This document shows positions 39,329 to 51,076 of a stretch of 64,000 bases of DNA, in pieces (within the stretch, counting starts at the first letter, position 1; every line of letters begins with the position of its first letter). The translations under genes were made by a program, and so were the position numbers. The notes under the pieces were generated by a model. It was not told the DNA's origin. It did no database searches and saw only the letters and a program-made list of their open reading frames with translations. Source of the stretch: an uncultured Spirochaetota bacterium (GTDB lineage: Bacteria; Spirochaetota; UBA4802; UBA5550); NCBI GenBank assembly GCA_963827275.1, contig CAWHAA010000009.1, forward strand, positions 64,001-128,000, in the 5' to 3' direction.

Positions 39329-41152
39329 TCAGTCGCTGCCGCCGGCCGGGTACATCCCCTCGATGGCATCCTTGTATTTTTCCTCCACGACCCTTCTCTT
39401 GACTTTCAGCGACGGCGTGATCTCGCCGGTGTCCTGCGTCCATTCGGCGTTCAGGAGCGTGAACTTCCTGATCTGCTCGACGCGGGCATAATTCTTCATG
39501 AGATTGCTTATCTCGTCCTGCATCATCTTGTTCACTTCCTTGTTGGTGACAAGGTCGTTGACGTCCGTGAACGCGATCCCCTTGCCCTTCGCCCATTTTT
39601 GCAGGGTCTCGAAGGCGGGAATGATGAGCGCGGAGAGGTATTTGCGGCGGTCGCCGATGATCGCCACCTGCTCGATGAACTTGGATGCCTTCAGCGTGTT
39701 CTCGATGTTCTGCGGCGAGATGTTCTTTCCGCCGGCGGTCACGATGATGTCCTTGATGCGCCCGGTGATGGCAACAAAGCCGTCGTCGTCGATGCGCGCC
39801 AGGTCGCCGGTCTTGAACCAGCCGTCTTTTGTGAAGACCTCGGCGGTCGCCTTCGGGTTCTTGTAGTATCCCTTCATGACCTGCGGGCCCTTGATGAGGA
39901 GCTCGCCTTCATCTGAAATTTTGACCTTGGTCTCGGACAGGGGAGGGCCCACCGTACCCGGCTTGACGTTCCACGGAAGGTTGACGTTCGTGACCGGCGT
40001 CGTCTCGGTCAGCCCGAAGCCCTCGAGTATCCGTATCCCCATGCCGATAAAGAACTCGGCGTCGGATACGGAAAGGGGGGCGCCGCCTGAAACGGCGAAC
40101 TCCATCCGGTTCATGCCCAGCCCCTGCTTGAACTTTGAAAACACCAGCTTGTCGAATATCTTTACGCGGAGCCCGAGCAGGCCCGTGGCCTTCTTTTCGG
40201 TGCACACGTACGGGAGGTTCTTCTTCGCCGTGTCCATGGCGAGCTTGAACATCAGGCGCTTGACCGCGGAGGCTTCCGGCAGGCGGGAGAGGATCACCGA
40301 GTGGATCTTCTCGTACAGGCGCGGCACGCTGATGATGAACGTCGGCCGCACCTCGTTCATGTTCTCCACCACCTTGCCGAAGTCTTCGGCGAAGGCCACC
40401 TTGCATCCCGCCATCAGGGGGAAGTAGAATCCCGCGGTCCGCTCGAGCGAATGGGAGAGGGGCAGGAAGGAGAGGAGGACATGGCCATCGTGAATATAGT
40501 CTTTGAAGTCATTGTTGATCTGACGGGCGTCTGATATGAAGTTGTCATGCGTGAGCATGACGCCCTTCGGGTCGCCGGTAGTGCCCGAGGTATAGATGAT
40601 GGTCGCGAGGTCGTGCGGCTTGAGGGCCTTGATCCTTTTGTCAAGATCGCCCTTTTTCTTGTAGGCCTCTCCTTTCTTCATCGCGTCGTTCATGGTGATA
40701 ACGGATTTGTTCGACGACTTGACATCATCTATGACAATTATATTCTTCAGGCCGGGCAGCTTTTTCTTCGCTTCGATGATCCTGTTAAGATGGTCTTCGG
40801 TACCCGCGATGCATATCTTCGAGCCGGAGTTGGCCAGTATGTAACGGCTCTCTTCGGCCGAGTTGGTGGCGTATATGGGAACGTCCACCGCTCCGATTGA
40901 AAGAATGGCGAGATCGGCGATCCACCATTCAGGCCTGTTGGGCGAAAAAAGACCGACCCGATCGCCTTTTTTTACGCCTGCAGACAAAAGGAAATACGCG
41001 AGATTTTTAACTTTTTTATCCATCTCGTTCCAGGAGATGTCGACATACTGGCCCTTGATCTTGTCGCGATATGCGACGCAGGCGCGGTCGCCGTATTTTG
41101 CGACCTGCTCCTGGAATACAGCGGGTATTGTCGTGTTGGTTAGCGTGCTCAT
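39329..41152 (-). CDS. Long-chain fatty acid-CoA ligase (FadD15/ACSBG-like)
   Basis: 'IYTSGTTGDPKGVMLTH', 'LPLSHSLER', 'EGFGLTET', 'WFKTGDL', 'GRIKDIIVTAGGKNISP', 'TPSLKVKR'. Confidence 0.93.
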   Translation of the reverse strand: MSTLTNTTIPAVFQEQVAKYGDRACVAYRDKIKGQYVDISWNEMDKKVKNLAYFLLSAGVKKGDRVGLFSPNRPEWWIADLAILSIGAVDVPIYATNSAEESRYILANSGSKICIAGTEDHLNRIIEAKKKLPGLKNIIVIDDVKSSNKSVITMNDAMKKGEAYKKKGDLDKRIKALKPHDLATIIYTSGTTGDPKGVMLTHDNFISDARQINNDFKDYIHDGHVLLSFLPLSHSLERTAGFYFPLMAGCKVAFAEDFGKVVENMNEVRPTFIISVPRLYEKIHSVILSRLPEASAVKRLMFKLAMDTAKKNLPYVCTEKKATGLLGLRVKIFDKLVFSKFKQGLGMNRMEFAVSGGAPLSVSDAEFFIGMGIRILEGFGLTETTPVTNVNLPWNVKPGTVGPPLSETKVKISDEGELLIKGPQVMKGYYKNPKATAEVFTKDGWFKTGDLARIDDDGFVAITGRIKDIIVTAGGKNISPQNIENTLKASKFIEQVAIIGDRRKYLSALIIPAFETLQKWAKGKGIAFTDVNDLVTNKEVNKMMQDEISNLMKNYARVEQIRKFTLLNAEWTQDTGEITPSLKVKRRVVEEKYKDAIEGMYPAGGSD

Positions 41153-41280
41153 GGGACCTCCCTATTATATGTGTTATATAGTTACTAACATTACCGTATG
41201 CCGATTGCAGGGCATGCGGTAAAATCAGAATCAAAATAGTGGTGTTCCGCGGGCAATCATGCCGCGCCCGCAGCAGGCGG

Positions 41281-42429
41281 TCAGCGCTCCAATCCCGGCA
41301 ATGCCTTTTCGATAAAGCCGAATCCCGCTTCCCGTATCTGCGACTCATTTGTCTCAATGATGACGATGTCCCTGGAAAGGACGTCGCGTTCCCAGTTGAC
41401 CCCGTCCCTGTCGATCATGCCCTTGCGCTTGCCCGGATATGAGTAATCAGTGTTGAAGTAGTAATAAAAATTTATCCGTGAGCAGGTGTTGTTCATGTCA
41501 AGATAGTACAACATGTTCCAGCAGAAGCTGGACCCGACGAGCAGGATGTCGGGCCGGTAGGCCCCGCTCCCCGAATCGGGGCCGGTGACGGGGTACCGGT
41601 ACTCGGTGAAGAGTGACCTGGTGAAGAGGATGTTGCCGAGCCGCGCGACGTCCTTGTCGAGCTCAATGGGCTCGCCGCTTACGATCGTCTGCTTTGACTC
41701 GATGCGCACCAGCCTCCTGCCGAGAGCCTGCTCCATGCGGCCGATGAGCGCGGTTGCAAAGCGGTATCCCCCGTACAGGCTCCAGTGGGTCCCGCTGGAG
41801 GGGAAGAGGCCGGTTACCCCCTGCTTTTTCAGGTCGAGGAACTGCGCCCTCCCGTCAACGACATTGACGCCGTACCGCTTGAGTATCGGCATGATGAGCT
41901 GGTAGATGTCCTTTTTGGCAAGGTTGCCGCGGAGGATGTATTTTTCAGGTATGTATTCCGGGTAAACGGTGGCCTTGCTCGGCGTGAGCACCAGCAGGAA
42001 TTCGACATTGCGGCGCTTCAGGAGGTCCTGGAGCTTTTTTATTCCGGCCACCTTGTCCTCGAGGACACGCACGGGGGGCACGTCAAGCCTGTTGTAGACG
42101 TCGATATACTGCTCCTCGAACAGCTGCTTGTTTTTCCCGAGGATGATTTTACGGGGATGGCTCCGCGAAAATTCGTTGAACACAGAATAGTTGATCTGGT
42201 TGTCGGTCTTCACGAAGTAGCCCCTGAACCCGATGTTCTGCTTCAGCCATGTTTCGACCTTGTCCTGGAAGCGGCCGGTGACCAGGTCCCGGGGCGATGA
42301 AATTTCAGGCTGGGCTTTCTTCTCGGCGCCGCTCAGTATCATGTCCGGAAAGGGACGCAGATACGACTGGACCAGGACGATCGCGATGAAGATGTTTGCG
42401 GCTATGATGTATATGCGTTTGAGGTCCAT
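41281..42429 (-). CDS. AlgX/AlgJ-like SGNH polysaccharide O-acetyltransferase
   Basis: N-term TM, 'LTPSKATVYPEYIP', 'GTHWSLYG', 'LLVGSSF'; downstream of an MBOAT gene. Confidence 0.78.
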   Translation of the reverse strand: MDLKRIYIIAANIFIAIVLVQSYLRPFPDMILSGAEKKAQPEISSPRDLVTGRFQDKVETWLKQNIGFRGYFVKTDNQINYSVFNEFSRSHPRKIILGKNKQLFEEQYIDVYNRLDVPPVRVLEDKVAGIKKLQDLLKRRNVEFLLVLTPSKATVYPEYIPEKYILRGNLAKKDIYQLIMPILKRYGVNVVDGRAQFLDLKKQGVTGLFPSSGTHWSLYGGYRFATALIGRMEQALGRRLVRIESKQTIVSGEPIELDKDVARLGNILFTRSLFTEYRYPVTGPDSGSGAYRPDILLVGSSFCWNMLYYLDMNNTCSRINFYYYFNTDYSYPGKRKGMIDRDGVNWERDVLSRDIVIIETNESQIREAGFGFIEKALPGLER

Positions 42430-42431
42430 TG

Positions 42432-43868
42432 TCAAAACCTGAAATAGATAAATGGGCTGAAGCTGTTATTTATCAGCGATATGAGCGACAGCACGAACAG
42501 CAGGCACGCCGCCGAAATTTTCAGCCTGGACATGCCGCGATCGCTGAGGCGCGATTTCAGCGCGGCGCCGAGCCTGTCCGCCGCCGGCTGCGGGAAGAAG
42601 CTGATAAGGCCGCACACCATCAGGACGAAAAGCTCCCTGTTGCCGATGAGGTCAGACCAGAGCACCGTTGACGGTATCGCGCCGATTGCGGTGACATCGA
42701 ACATGCGGTGGATGTACAGCACGGCGCCCGTCAGCGTTTCGGAACGGAAGAACACGTACCCGACCATCAGGAGGACAAAGAACAGCGCCATGTTGACGGC
42801 TGCCGGGAGCCGCTTCATTTTTTCAACCAGGAAGAGCCTGTCGAGGAACATGAACAGGCCGTTATATATGCCCCATACGATAAAGGTCCAGTTCGCGCCG
42901 TGCCAGAGGCCTGACACGATGAAAACGATCCAGAGGTTGCGGTATGTTTTTAAATTGCCGGCCCTGTTGCCCCCGAGCGGGATGTACAGGTATTCCCGGA
43001 ACCAGTTGACCAGGGTGATGTGCCAGCGCTTCCAGTGCTCGGTGAAATTCAACGAATAGAAGGGCCGGTTGAAGTTTTCGGGAATGGTAAAGCCCAGCAT
43101 GCGGCCTATGCCTATCGCCATGTCGGAATACCCCGAAAAATCGAAATAGAGCTGGAAGCTGTAGCAGGCGATCCCGAGCCAGGCGTATCCGACGGTAAGT
43201 GAGGATAGCTCCATGCTGAAGATCGGGTTCGCCACGGCGCTCATCGGGTCGGCGAGGAGCACTTTTTTTGCCAGGCCGGTGAAGAAACGGATACTCCCCT
43301 CGTAAATGTCGTCAAGGGTGAAGGACGGTTTCGTGATCTGCTCCGCAATGGTATGGTAGCGGACGATCGGGCCCTGGGTCAGCTTGGGGAACATCGCGAG
43401 GTAGAGCGCATATTCGGTGAAGCTCCTGGCGGGCTCCACGCGGCCGTAGTAGATGTCCACCAGGTAGCTTATCTTGTGAAACGTGATAAACGAGATCCCC
43501 ACGGGAAAGATCACCGAGGTCCAGGGGATCGCCGCGAGGTCGAAGAATGTCAGCGTCCTGTTCAGCTCCCCGATGAAGAAGTTCATGTACTTGAAATAAA
43601 AGAGCACGGCGATATTCACGATGACCGAAGCGGCGAGCAGCGCTTGCCTGGCCCTCTGCCGGTCCGCGCCGTGGATCGCCTTCCCCAGGAGGAAGTCGAA
43701 GATGGTCCCGAGGAGAAGGACCGTCGCGCCGGTCGGGGATCCCCACAAATAAAAAGCGTAACTTGACGCCAGGAGGACCGGCACCCTGGCCTTCCCCGGG
43801 GCCAGGTAGAAAAGAATAAGCGCCAGCGGGAAGAAGTAGAAAAGGAATGTAATCGTACTGAAGCCCAT
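42432..43868 (-). CDS. MBOAT family O-acyltransferase (AlgI/DltB-like)
   Basis: 'PVGISFITF', 'FPKLTQGPIVRY', 'YFDFSGYSDMAIG', 'WKRWHITL', 'SGLWHGANWTFIVWG'. Confidence 0.93.
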   Translation of the reverse strand: MGFSTITFLFYFFPLALILFYLAPGKARVPVLLASSYAFYLWGSPTGATVLLLGTIFDFLLGKAIHGADRQRARQALLAASVIVNIAVLFYFKYMNFFIGELNRTLTFFDLAAIPWTSVIFPVGISFITFHKISYLVDIYYGRVEPARSFTEYALYLAMFPKLTQGPIVRYHTIAEQITKPSFTLDDIYEGSIRFFTGLAKKVLLADPMSAVANPIFSMELSSLTVGYAWLGIACYSFQLYFDFSGYSDMAIGIGRMLGFTIPENFNRPFYSLNFTEHWKRWHITLVNWFREYLYIPLGGNRAGNLKTYRNLWIVFIVSGLWHGANWTFIVWGIYNGLFMFLDRLFLVEKMKRLPAAVNMALFFVLLMVGYVFFRSETLTGAVLYIHRMFDVTAIGAIPSTVLWSDLIGNRELFVLMVCGLISFFPQPAADRLGAALKSRLSDRGMSRLKISAACLLFVLSLISLINNSFSPFIYFRF

Positions 43869-43898
43869 GTTCTCTGGTGTCCCCTCTCCGCGGTCGCG

Positions 43899-44570
43899 CT
43901 ATGCTTCGTTCTTCTTCTTTTCGATATTGCCGCTTATGTGCTCCACGAGGGAATCGATGCCTTCTCCCGTCTTTGCGCTCACGTGGAACACCCTGATCTT
44001 CGGGTTGACCTTCTTTAAATTGGCCATCATCTCCTCTACGCTGTAGTCGAGGTGCGGCAGGAGGTCGATCTTGTTCAGCACCATGGTGTCGGAGGTGTTG
44101 AACATGAGCGGGTATTTCGCCGGCTTGTCCTCGCCCTCGGTGACGCTGAGCACCACGATGCGCTCGTCGTCGCCCAGCTGGAATTCGGCGGGGCATACCA
44201 GGTTCCCGATGTTCTCGATGATGACCAGGTCAAGCGTGTCCAGGTCGAACTGCTCGAGGCATCGCTTGATCCAGGAGCTTTCGAGGTGGCAGTCGCCGCC
44301 GAAACGGTCGGTCTCGATCTGGAAGATGGGTATGTTGTGCTTCGCAAGGCGCTCGGCGTCCTTGGTGGTCTTGATGTCGCCTTCTATGACCGCGATCCGG
44401 TATTTTTTCTTGAGTGCCCCGATCAGCCGGTCGCTCAGCGCGGTCTTGCCGGACCCGGGCGAGCTCATCATGTCGATCATGTATATTTTTTTTTCCCTGA
44501 GGAGCGACCTGACTTCGGCGGCGGCATTTTTATTCAATTCAAGTATGTCTTTCAGTATCTTGATTTCCAT
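43899..44570 (-). CDS. hypB: Hydrogenase nickel incorporation GTPase HypB
   Basis: 'SSPGSGKT', 'IEGD', 'CHL', 'ENIGNLVCPAEF', 'SVTEGEDKPAKYP', 'NKIDL'. Confidence 0.95.
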   Translation of the reverse strand: MEIKILKDILELNKNAAAEVRSLLREKKIYMIDMMSSPGSGKTALSDRLIGALKKKYRIAVIEGDIKTTKDAERLAKHNIPIFQIETDRFGGDCHLESSWIKRCLEQFDLDTLDLVIIENIGNLVCPAEFQLGDDERIVVLSVTEGEDKPAKYPLMFNTSDTMVLNKIDLLPHLDYSVEEMMANLKKVNPKIRVFHVSAKTGEGIDSLVEHISGNIEKKKNEA

Positions 44571-44750
44571 GTAGAGGCTCCTGTTGCATCCGGACGCTTG
44601 ATCGTATCATTTGTATAAATGCGTGCAAAACTGTCCATAATTTTTTTAATCCGCACCCCTTCCCGGCGGGCTGAACCCCCTGTAAAAATGTATTGACGAA
44701 ATATCAATCACGCGGAGTACCATTTGTTACTTTAACATCGGAAAGCCTGC

Positions 44751-45668
44751 ATGAAAAAACTGATAGTGACCTCCCTCCTCGTATCCGGCGCAGTATTTTA
44801 CAGCGCCGGGGCCGGATATGCCGCCTCGAAAGCTGCCGGGCCGGAGCGCGCCGCCCAGCCTGCGGCCGGCGCCCGGGCGGAGAAGACGGGACCGGCCGAC
44901 CAGGGGCCGGCGACCGGGGATGATGCCGCGGAGTGGATGGACCCCGACAGCGAAAAGAGCGCCGGCCTGGAGAGGAAGAGTGACGGCGAGGCCGACCCGG
45001 CGCCCTCCCGGAAGGAATACGTCTCAATCAGAAAAAAACGGAAGCCGTTTGAATTCCACATGGGCTTCAGCCTCGGTGCGCAGGGATACGGGGCCTTCGG
45101 TCCCCGGCGCGCGGTCACCGAACGGTACCGGTACCGCTATGAAAAAGGCTCGTTCAACCTGGGGTTCCGCGGCGGGGTAGAGGCGTATTTTTTCATCATG
45201 AAGCGGCATTGCCTCTCGGCCGGCTTCTTTTATGAACAGCGGAAAATCCAGGTCAAGATCGTCGACCTTGCGCTGATGGCCGCTGTCCTGAACGGGGTGC
45301 CGCCGGCGCTCCTCTACTTCATGCCGCTGGAGCAGCGGATCGACAAATCGAACATCGATACGAATTACTTCGCGTTTCCGATTGCGTACCGCTTTTATAT
45401 CCTGGACGAATTTTATACCGGCCTGAGCCTTGATCTTGCCGTCCCGTTCCAGGCGCGGGCGCGCTACGGCATCACCTTTTACGGCAGGAAGATGGATTTC
45501 AGGAAGGTGCTGCGGCCGGTGGATTTCGGGGGCAGGCTGCTGTTCGGCTTCACCATGAACCGCGTTTTTCTCGAGATCGGCATCGGCTGCGGATTTATTG
45601 ACCTTGACCGGATTGAAGGCGAACGTCATCCCCTCAGTCTCACCGGCATGATGGGATACAGGATTTGA
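44751..45668 (+). CDS. Probable outer-membrane beta-barrel protein
   Basis: Signal peptide, low-complexity linker, alternating aromatic/Gly beta-strands, C-terminal 'LTGMMGYRI'. Confidence 0.65.
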   Translation: MKKLIVTSLLVSGAVFYSAGAGYAASKAAGPERAAQPAAGARAEKTGPADQGPATGDDAAEWMDPDSEKSAGLERKSDGEADPAPSRKEYVSIRKKRKPFEFHMGFSLGAQGYGAFGPRRAVTERYRYRYEKGSFNLGFRGGVEAYFFIMKRHCLSAGFFYEQRKIQVKIVDLALMAAVLNGVPPALLYFMPLEQRIDKSNIDTNYFAFPIAYRFYILDEFYTGLSLDLAVPFQARARYGITFYGRKMDFRKVLRPVDFGGRLLFGFTMNRVFLEIGIGCGFIDLDRIEGERHPLSLTGMMGYRI

Positions 45669-45759
45669 GCGCCCGTTTTCATGCCGTCATGATAATCTTC
45701 ATCTGCGGGCGGGACACGGGCCGGCTGACCATCTCCCGGCCGCCGCATTCGTAACAACA

Positions 45760-48042
45760 ATGAAAAAGTCGATTGATATCAGGATAAAAGGCATTGTGCA
45801 GGGGGTCGGGTTCCGCCCCTTCGTGTATAACCATGCCCTGGCCCACAAGATACGCGGGAGCGTGCTCAACGACACGGAGGGGGTTATTATCCATGCCGAG
45901 GGGGAGCCGGCGGACGCTGGAGCGTTTCCTGGAAACTCTGCCGCAGGCGGCGCCGCCGCTGGCGATGATCATGTCGGTCCGGGAGACCGAATCGGCCGTC
46001 ACCGGATGCGACGGCTTTTCCATCGGGCCGAGCAGGATATCCGCGCGAGCGTCTCGCGTTCTACTCGCCCGATGTGGCCGTGTGCGACAGCTGCCTGGCG
46101 GAGTTCTTTGACCCGGCGGACCGCAGGCACCATTATCCCTTCATTACCTGCATCAACTGCGGGCCGCGCTTCAGCATCGTGCGCGATATCCCCTATGACC
46201 GGGCCAACACCTCGATGGACCCGTTTCCGATGTGCGACCGGTGCAGGGCGGAATACGGCGACCACGCGGACCGGCGCTTTCATTCCCAGCCCAACGCCTG
46301 CCCGGTGTGCGGGCCCCGCATATCGCTCTATACCGCCGCGGGGGACCCGGTCACCTCGGATTCCGAGTACCGCGGCGCGGATGACCGTTGACCTTCTGAA
46401 ACAGGGGGCCATCATTGCCATCAAGGGTATCGGCGGGTACCACCTTGCCGTGGACGCGCGGAATGACGCGCGCCGTCATTGAGCTCCGGAAGAGGAAAAC
46501 GGCGGCCTTTCAAGCCCTTCGCCGTCATGGCCGGGAGCATCGACGAGGCGGAGCGCTTCCTCGAAATCGGCCCTGCCGAGCGCGACCTCCTTCTCTCGCA
46601 AGGAGCGGCCCATCGTGCTCATGAGAGAGACGCGCGCCGGCCCTGAGCCGGCAGGTGGCGCCGGGCCTGACCTACACCGGGCTGATGCTGCCCTGTACGC
46701 CCGTTCCAGCACCACCTCTTTTCACTTGATCCCGCCATGGTGCTGGTCATGACCAGCGGCAACGTGTCGGATGAGCCGATCGAGTACCGCGACGACACCG
46801 TGTTCGAGCGGCTCGGACGCATCGCCGATTACTTCGTCACCTATAACCGGGAGATCATAGGGCAGGGCGACGACAGCGTCCTGTACGTGGTGGACGAACA
46901 GCCGTTTTTCATCCGCCGGTCGCGCGGGCTACATCCCGGTCCCCTTCCTCTCCGGCGAAACGCGCCCGCCCATCCTCGCCGCGGGCGGCGATCTGAAGAA
47001 CAGCTTCGCCGTGGCGCGCGCGGAGCTTCATCATCATGAGCCAGTACCTGGGCGACATGGCTGACCCGCTCACCTACGAGGTTTTCAGCGAAGACGGTGG
47101 ACCACTTTATCAGAATGTTCGACGCGGACCCGGAGGTGGTCGTGTCGGACATGCACCCGGCGTACCTCACCCGGCAGTACGCGGAGGAGCTGGCGGCGGG
47201 GGGCAAGCGCCTGATCGAGGTCCAGCACCATCACGCGCACATCGCCTCGGTCATGGAGGAGCACGGCCTGGACGGCCCGGTCATCGGCATCGCCTTTGAC
47301 GGCACCGGCTACGGCACGGACGGGACCCTCTGGGGGAGCGAATTCCTGGTCGCCGGCCGCGGCGGGTTCGAGCGGGCCGCCCACTTCTCGGATTTTCCCC
47401 TCCCCGGCGGCGAGAGCGCCATACAGGACGTGTGGAAGATCGGCCTCTCGCTGCTGTATCAGCGATACGGCGAAGCACTACCCGGTCATGGAGCGTGACG
47501 ACGCGTCCGCCGGCGTTATCGAGATTATAAAGAAGAAGATCAACTCCCCCTTGACCTGCAGTATCGGGCGGATATTCGACGGCGTTGCGGCCATCCTTGG
47601 CCTGTCCCGCTCCGTAAGCGCGGAGGCGGAGGCGGCCCAGCTCCTGGAGGAGGCGGCCATGCGGGGCAGGGCCCCGGAGCGCACGTATATCATCCCCTTT
47701 GCCGATGACGGGCACGATAGTTATCGGTACCGAGGACCTGGTCGGGTACGTCGTGTCCCTGCGTGAACGGGGCGTGCAGCGTCGAGGATGTCGCCGCGGC
47801 GTTTCACCAGGCGATCATCCATACCTCCGTGGCGGTGGCCCGCCGCTTAAGGGATAAAGACCGGCATTACGTCTGTTGCGCTGAGCGGCGGGGTATTTCA
47901 TAACAGGCTCCTTCTGTCGGGCATGATGCGCCTCCTCGGTGAGGCCGGTTTTACTGTTTATACCCATCGGGCCGTTCCCTGCAATGACGGCTGCATCGCC
48001 CTCGGGCAGGTCGTGGTGGCTAAAGATCTCTTAAATAGATAG
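45760..48042 (+). CDS. hypF: Carbamoyltransferase HypF, many frameshifts
   Basis: '[13 protein letters not shown]', Zn fingers 'CDSCLAE…[12 protein letters not shown]…CDRC…PNACPVCGP', 'IKGIGGYHL', 'VMTSGN', 'QHHHAH', 'FDGTGYG', 'LSGGVF', '[11 protein letters not shown]' in order across several frames; ends at TAG 48040-48042. Confidence 0.88.
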
Positions 48043-48360
48043 AATTATGATATGATGATCTGCTCTGACCCTATACCTGATAAATTATTCAATTATTAAA
48101 ATTTGTAGATATATTTGTTGCTTTATCCGGGTGTTCATCCTGTAAAATTTTGATTATGATTAAAAAATTATCTTGTTTTTTTATGGTCTTCATTTGAAAT
48201 ATCCCAAAAAACAGTGATGAATAATAACAATATTTAGTATAACAAAATATACTATAGCAATAAATAGTTATTCATTAAAACTGCTTAAAATTATACCAAT
48301 ATCTCAAGTGAATACTTTTTAAACTAACAAAGAATAGTTTATAAACCAAGGAGTAAGCCA

Positions 48361-51063
48361 ATGGATGAAATCCAGCTAACCATTGACGGTAAGCAGGTGA
48401 CCGGCAAAAAGGGCCAAACCATACTGGAGATTGCCAGAGAAAATAATATCGATATTCCATACCTGTGTTATCATCCGAGAATCAGCAAGACCGGCGCCTG
48501 CCGTATCTGCATAGTGCGTATAAACGAAGCGGCGCTCAAGACTTCCTGCACGGAACCTGCAACCAACGGTATGATCGTCGACACTGATGATGAAGAAATC
48601 CGGGACTTGCGCAGGAGTCTTCTCGGAATGCTTCTTGCCGAAGGTGATCACAATTGCCTCTATTGCGAGTGGAACGGTGAGTGCGAGTTACAGCGCCTGT
48701 GCCACCGCTATGATGTGCCCGAGCCGGCCGGGAACGTGCCGCGCAGGCAGCGGGCCGTCGATACGGTAACCAGCAAGGGCCTCCGCCGGAATGAAAACAG
48801 ATGTGTCCTCTGCGGACGCTGCGTTAAGGCGTGCGGTGAAATCCAGATGAACAGCGTGTGGAACTTTACGGGCAGGGGATCGACGACCACGCTGACATCG
48901 GACATGTTCGCGAACCTCGGCGATTCCAGCTGTGTCATGTGCGGCACCTGCGTACAGCTCTGCCCCACGGGCGCGCTTTCCTTCCAGCCCGTTCTGGGGA
49001 GGGGGCAGGCATGGGAATTGAAGAAAGAAACGAGCGTGTGCATCTACTGCGGCGTCGGGTGCCAGATCGACTTCTATACCAACAAGGAAGGGCAGCTCGT
49101 AAAGGCGATCGGCAATGAAAATGGCCCCAATAAAGGGCATCTTTGCATCAAGGGCCGCTTCGGCTTTGATTTCGTGCAGAGCGACAAGCGTCTCACAAAG
49201 CCGCTGATAAAGAAAAACGGAACATTCGAGGAGGCGAGCTGGGACGAAGCGCTCGGCCTGGTCGCCTCGAAACTTTCAGAGATAAAATCGAAGAGCGGCC
49301 CCGATTCAATCATGGCCTTCTCTTCAGCGAAGTGTACCAATGAAGAAAACTACCTGATGCAGAAATTCATGAGGGCGGTGATCGGGACAAACAACGTCGA
49401 TCACTGCGCCCGATTGTGACACAGCTCCACTGTCGCCGGTCTGGCGGCCACGCTCGGTTCAGGAGCAATGACGAATTCAATCAGGGAAATCCCGGTTTCT
49501 GAAGCGTTCCTCGTCATCGGGTCCAATACAACGGAAAACCATCCGGTGATAGGGTCCATGATAAAGAGGGAAGTCATCCTCAACAAGAAGAAGCTTGTTG
49601 TCGTTGATCCGAGAAAAATTGAATTGGCAAAATACGCCGATGTATTCCTGCAGATCAAGCCGGGAACCAATATAGCCATCCTTAACGGGCTGGCGCATGT
49701 GATCCTTAAAGAAAACCTTTACGACGCGGAATATGTCGCGGGCCGGTGCGAGGGTTTCGAGGATCTGAAAAAGACGCTTGAGAAATATACCCCCGAGCAC
49801 GTTGCCGGGATCTGCGGCATCGATGATCCCTCGCTGATCGTAAAGGCCGCGAGGATCCTCGCGGCAGCGAAGCCGATGGCCCTCTACTACTGCATGGGGA
49901 TAACGCAGTTTAAATCCGGCGTCAACGGCGTCAAATGCTGCGCCAACCTCCAGATGCTCCTCGGGAACATCGGTGTCGCGGGAGGCGGCGTCAACCCGCT
50001 CCGCGGCCAGAGCAACGTGCAGGGCGCCTGCGACATGGGCGCGCTCAACGCGGTGTACCCCGCCTACCAGCCGGTAGGGAACGCGGACAACATGGCAAAA
50101 TTCAAGAATGCGTGGAAGGCCGCCTTCGACCTGTCCATGAAGCCCGGCCTTACCATCGTCGAGTCGCTGAACGGCGCCATCGCCGGTGACGTGAAGGCCC
50201 TTTACGTGCTGGGTGAAAATCCGGTCATGTCCGATCCGAACCAGCACCATGTGATCGAAGCGCTTGAAAAGCTGGATTTCGTGGTGGTGCAGGACATCGT
50301 GATGACCGAAACCGCCCAGTACGCCGACGTGGTCCTTCCCGGTTTTGCGTTCCTGGAAAAGGAAGGGACGGTCAGCAATACCGAGCGGCGCGTGCAGATG
50401 ATGCACCGGGTGGTCGCGCCGGCGGGCGATTCGCGCGATGACTGGTGGATACTGACGGAGATCGCGAAAAAAATGGGCGCGCCGTGGGACTACAAGTCCG
50501 CCAGGGAAATATTCGAGGAGGTGCGCGCCGTGACGCCGTCGTACGCGGGCATCACCTACGAGCGCCTGGAAAAGGAGCTCATACAGTGGCCCTGCCCCAA
50601 CGAGAGCCACCCGGGTACGCAGTTCCTCCACAGGGAGAAATTCTCCCGCGGGCTCGGCCTGATGAGCCCCATAGAATACACTCCGCCTGCCGAGGAAGTC
50701 GATCCCGATTATCCCGTGATACTGACCACGGGCCGGATCCTGGAGCATTTCCACACCGGCACCATGAGCAGGAACTCGCGCATACTGGTTGAGACCGTGA
50801 ACGAGAACTACGTCGAGCTCAACCCGAACGACGCGAGCAATTACAACATCAAGGACGGTGAGCTTGTAGCGGTATCAACACGGAGGGGCAGCATACGGGT
50901 CAAGGCACGGGTAAGCGACCGGCCGAAGGCCAATGTGGCGTTTGTTCCCTTCCATTTTGTCGAGGCAGCGGCAAACAAGCTGACGATTGACGCCCTCGAT
51001 CCGACATGCAAGATACCTGAATACAAGGTCTGTGCGTGTAAAATCGAAAAGGTCACCATCTAG
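48361..51063 (+). CDS. fdhF: Selenocysteine-containing formate dehydrogenase alpha subunit (900 aa; Sec at TGA 49417-49419)
   Basis: ORFs 48361-49419 and 49468-51063 are in the same frame. Read-through gives 'DHCARL-U-HSSTVAGL', the FDH active-site motif. N-terminal [2Fe-2S]/[4Fe-4S] domains, 'CIYCGVGC', 'PLRGQSNVQG', 'PEYKVCA'. Confidence 0.95.
49432..49448 (+). promoter_or_regulatory. Bacterial SECIS hairpin
   Basis: GTCGCC-GGTCT-GGCGGC stem-loop 12 nt after the in-frame TGA; resembles the apical hairpin of the E. coli fdhF SECIS. Confidence 0.8.
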
Positions 51064-51076
51064 GCGGGGTAATGAA

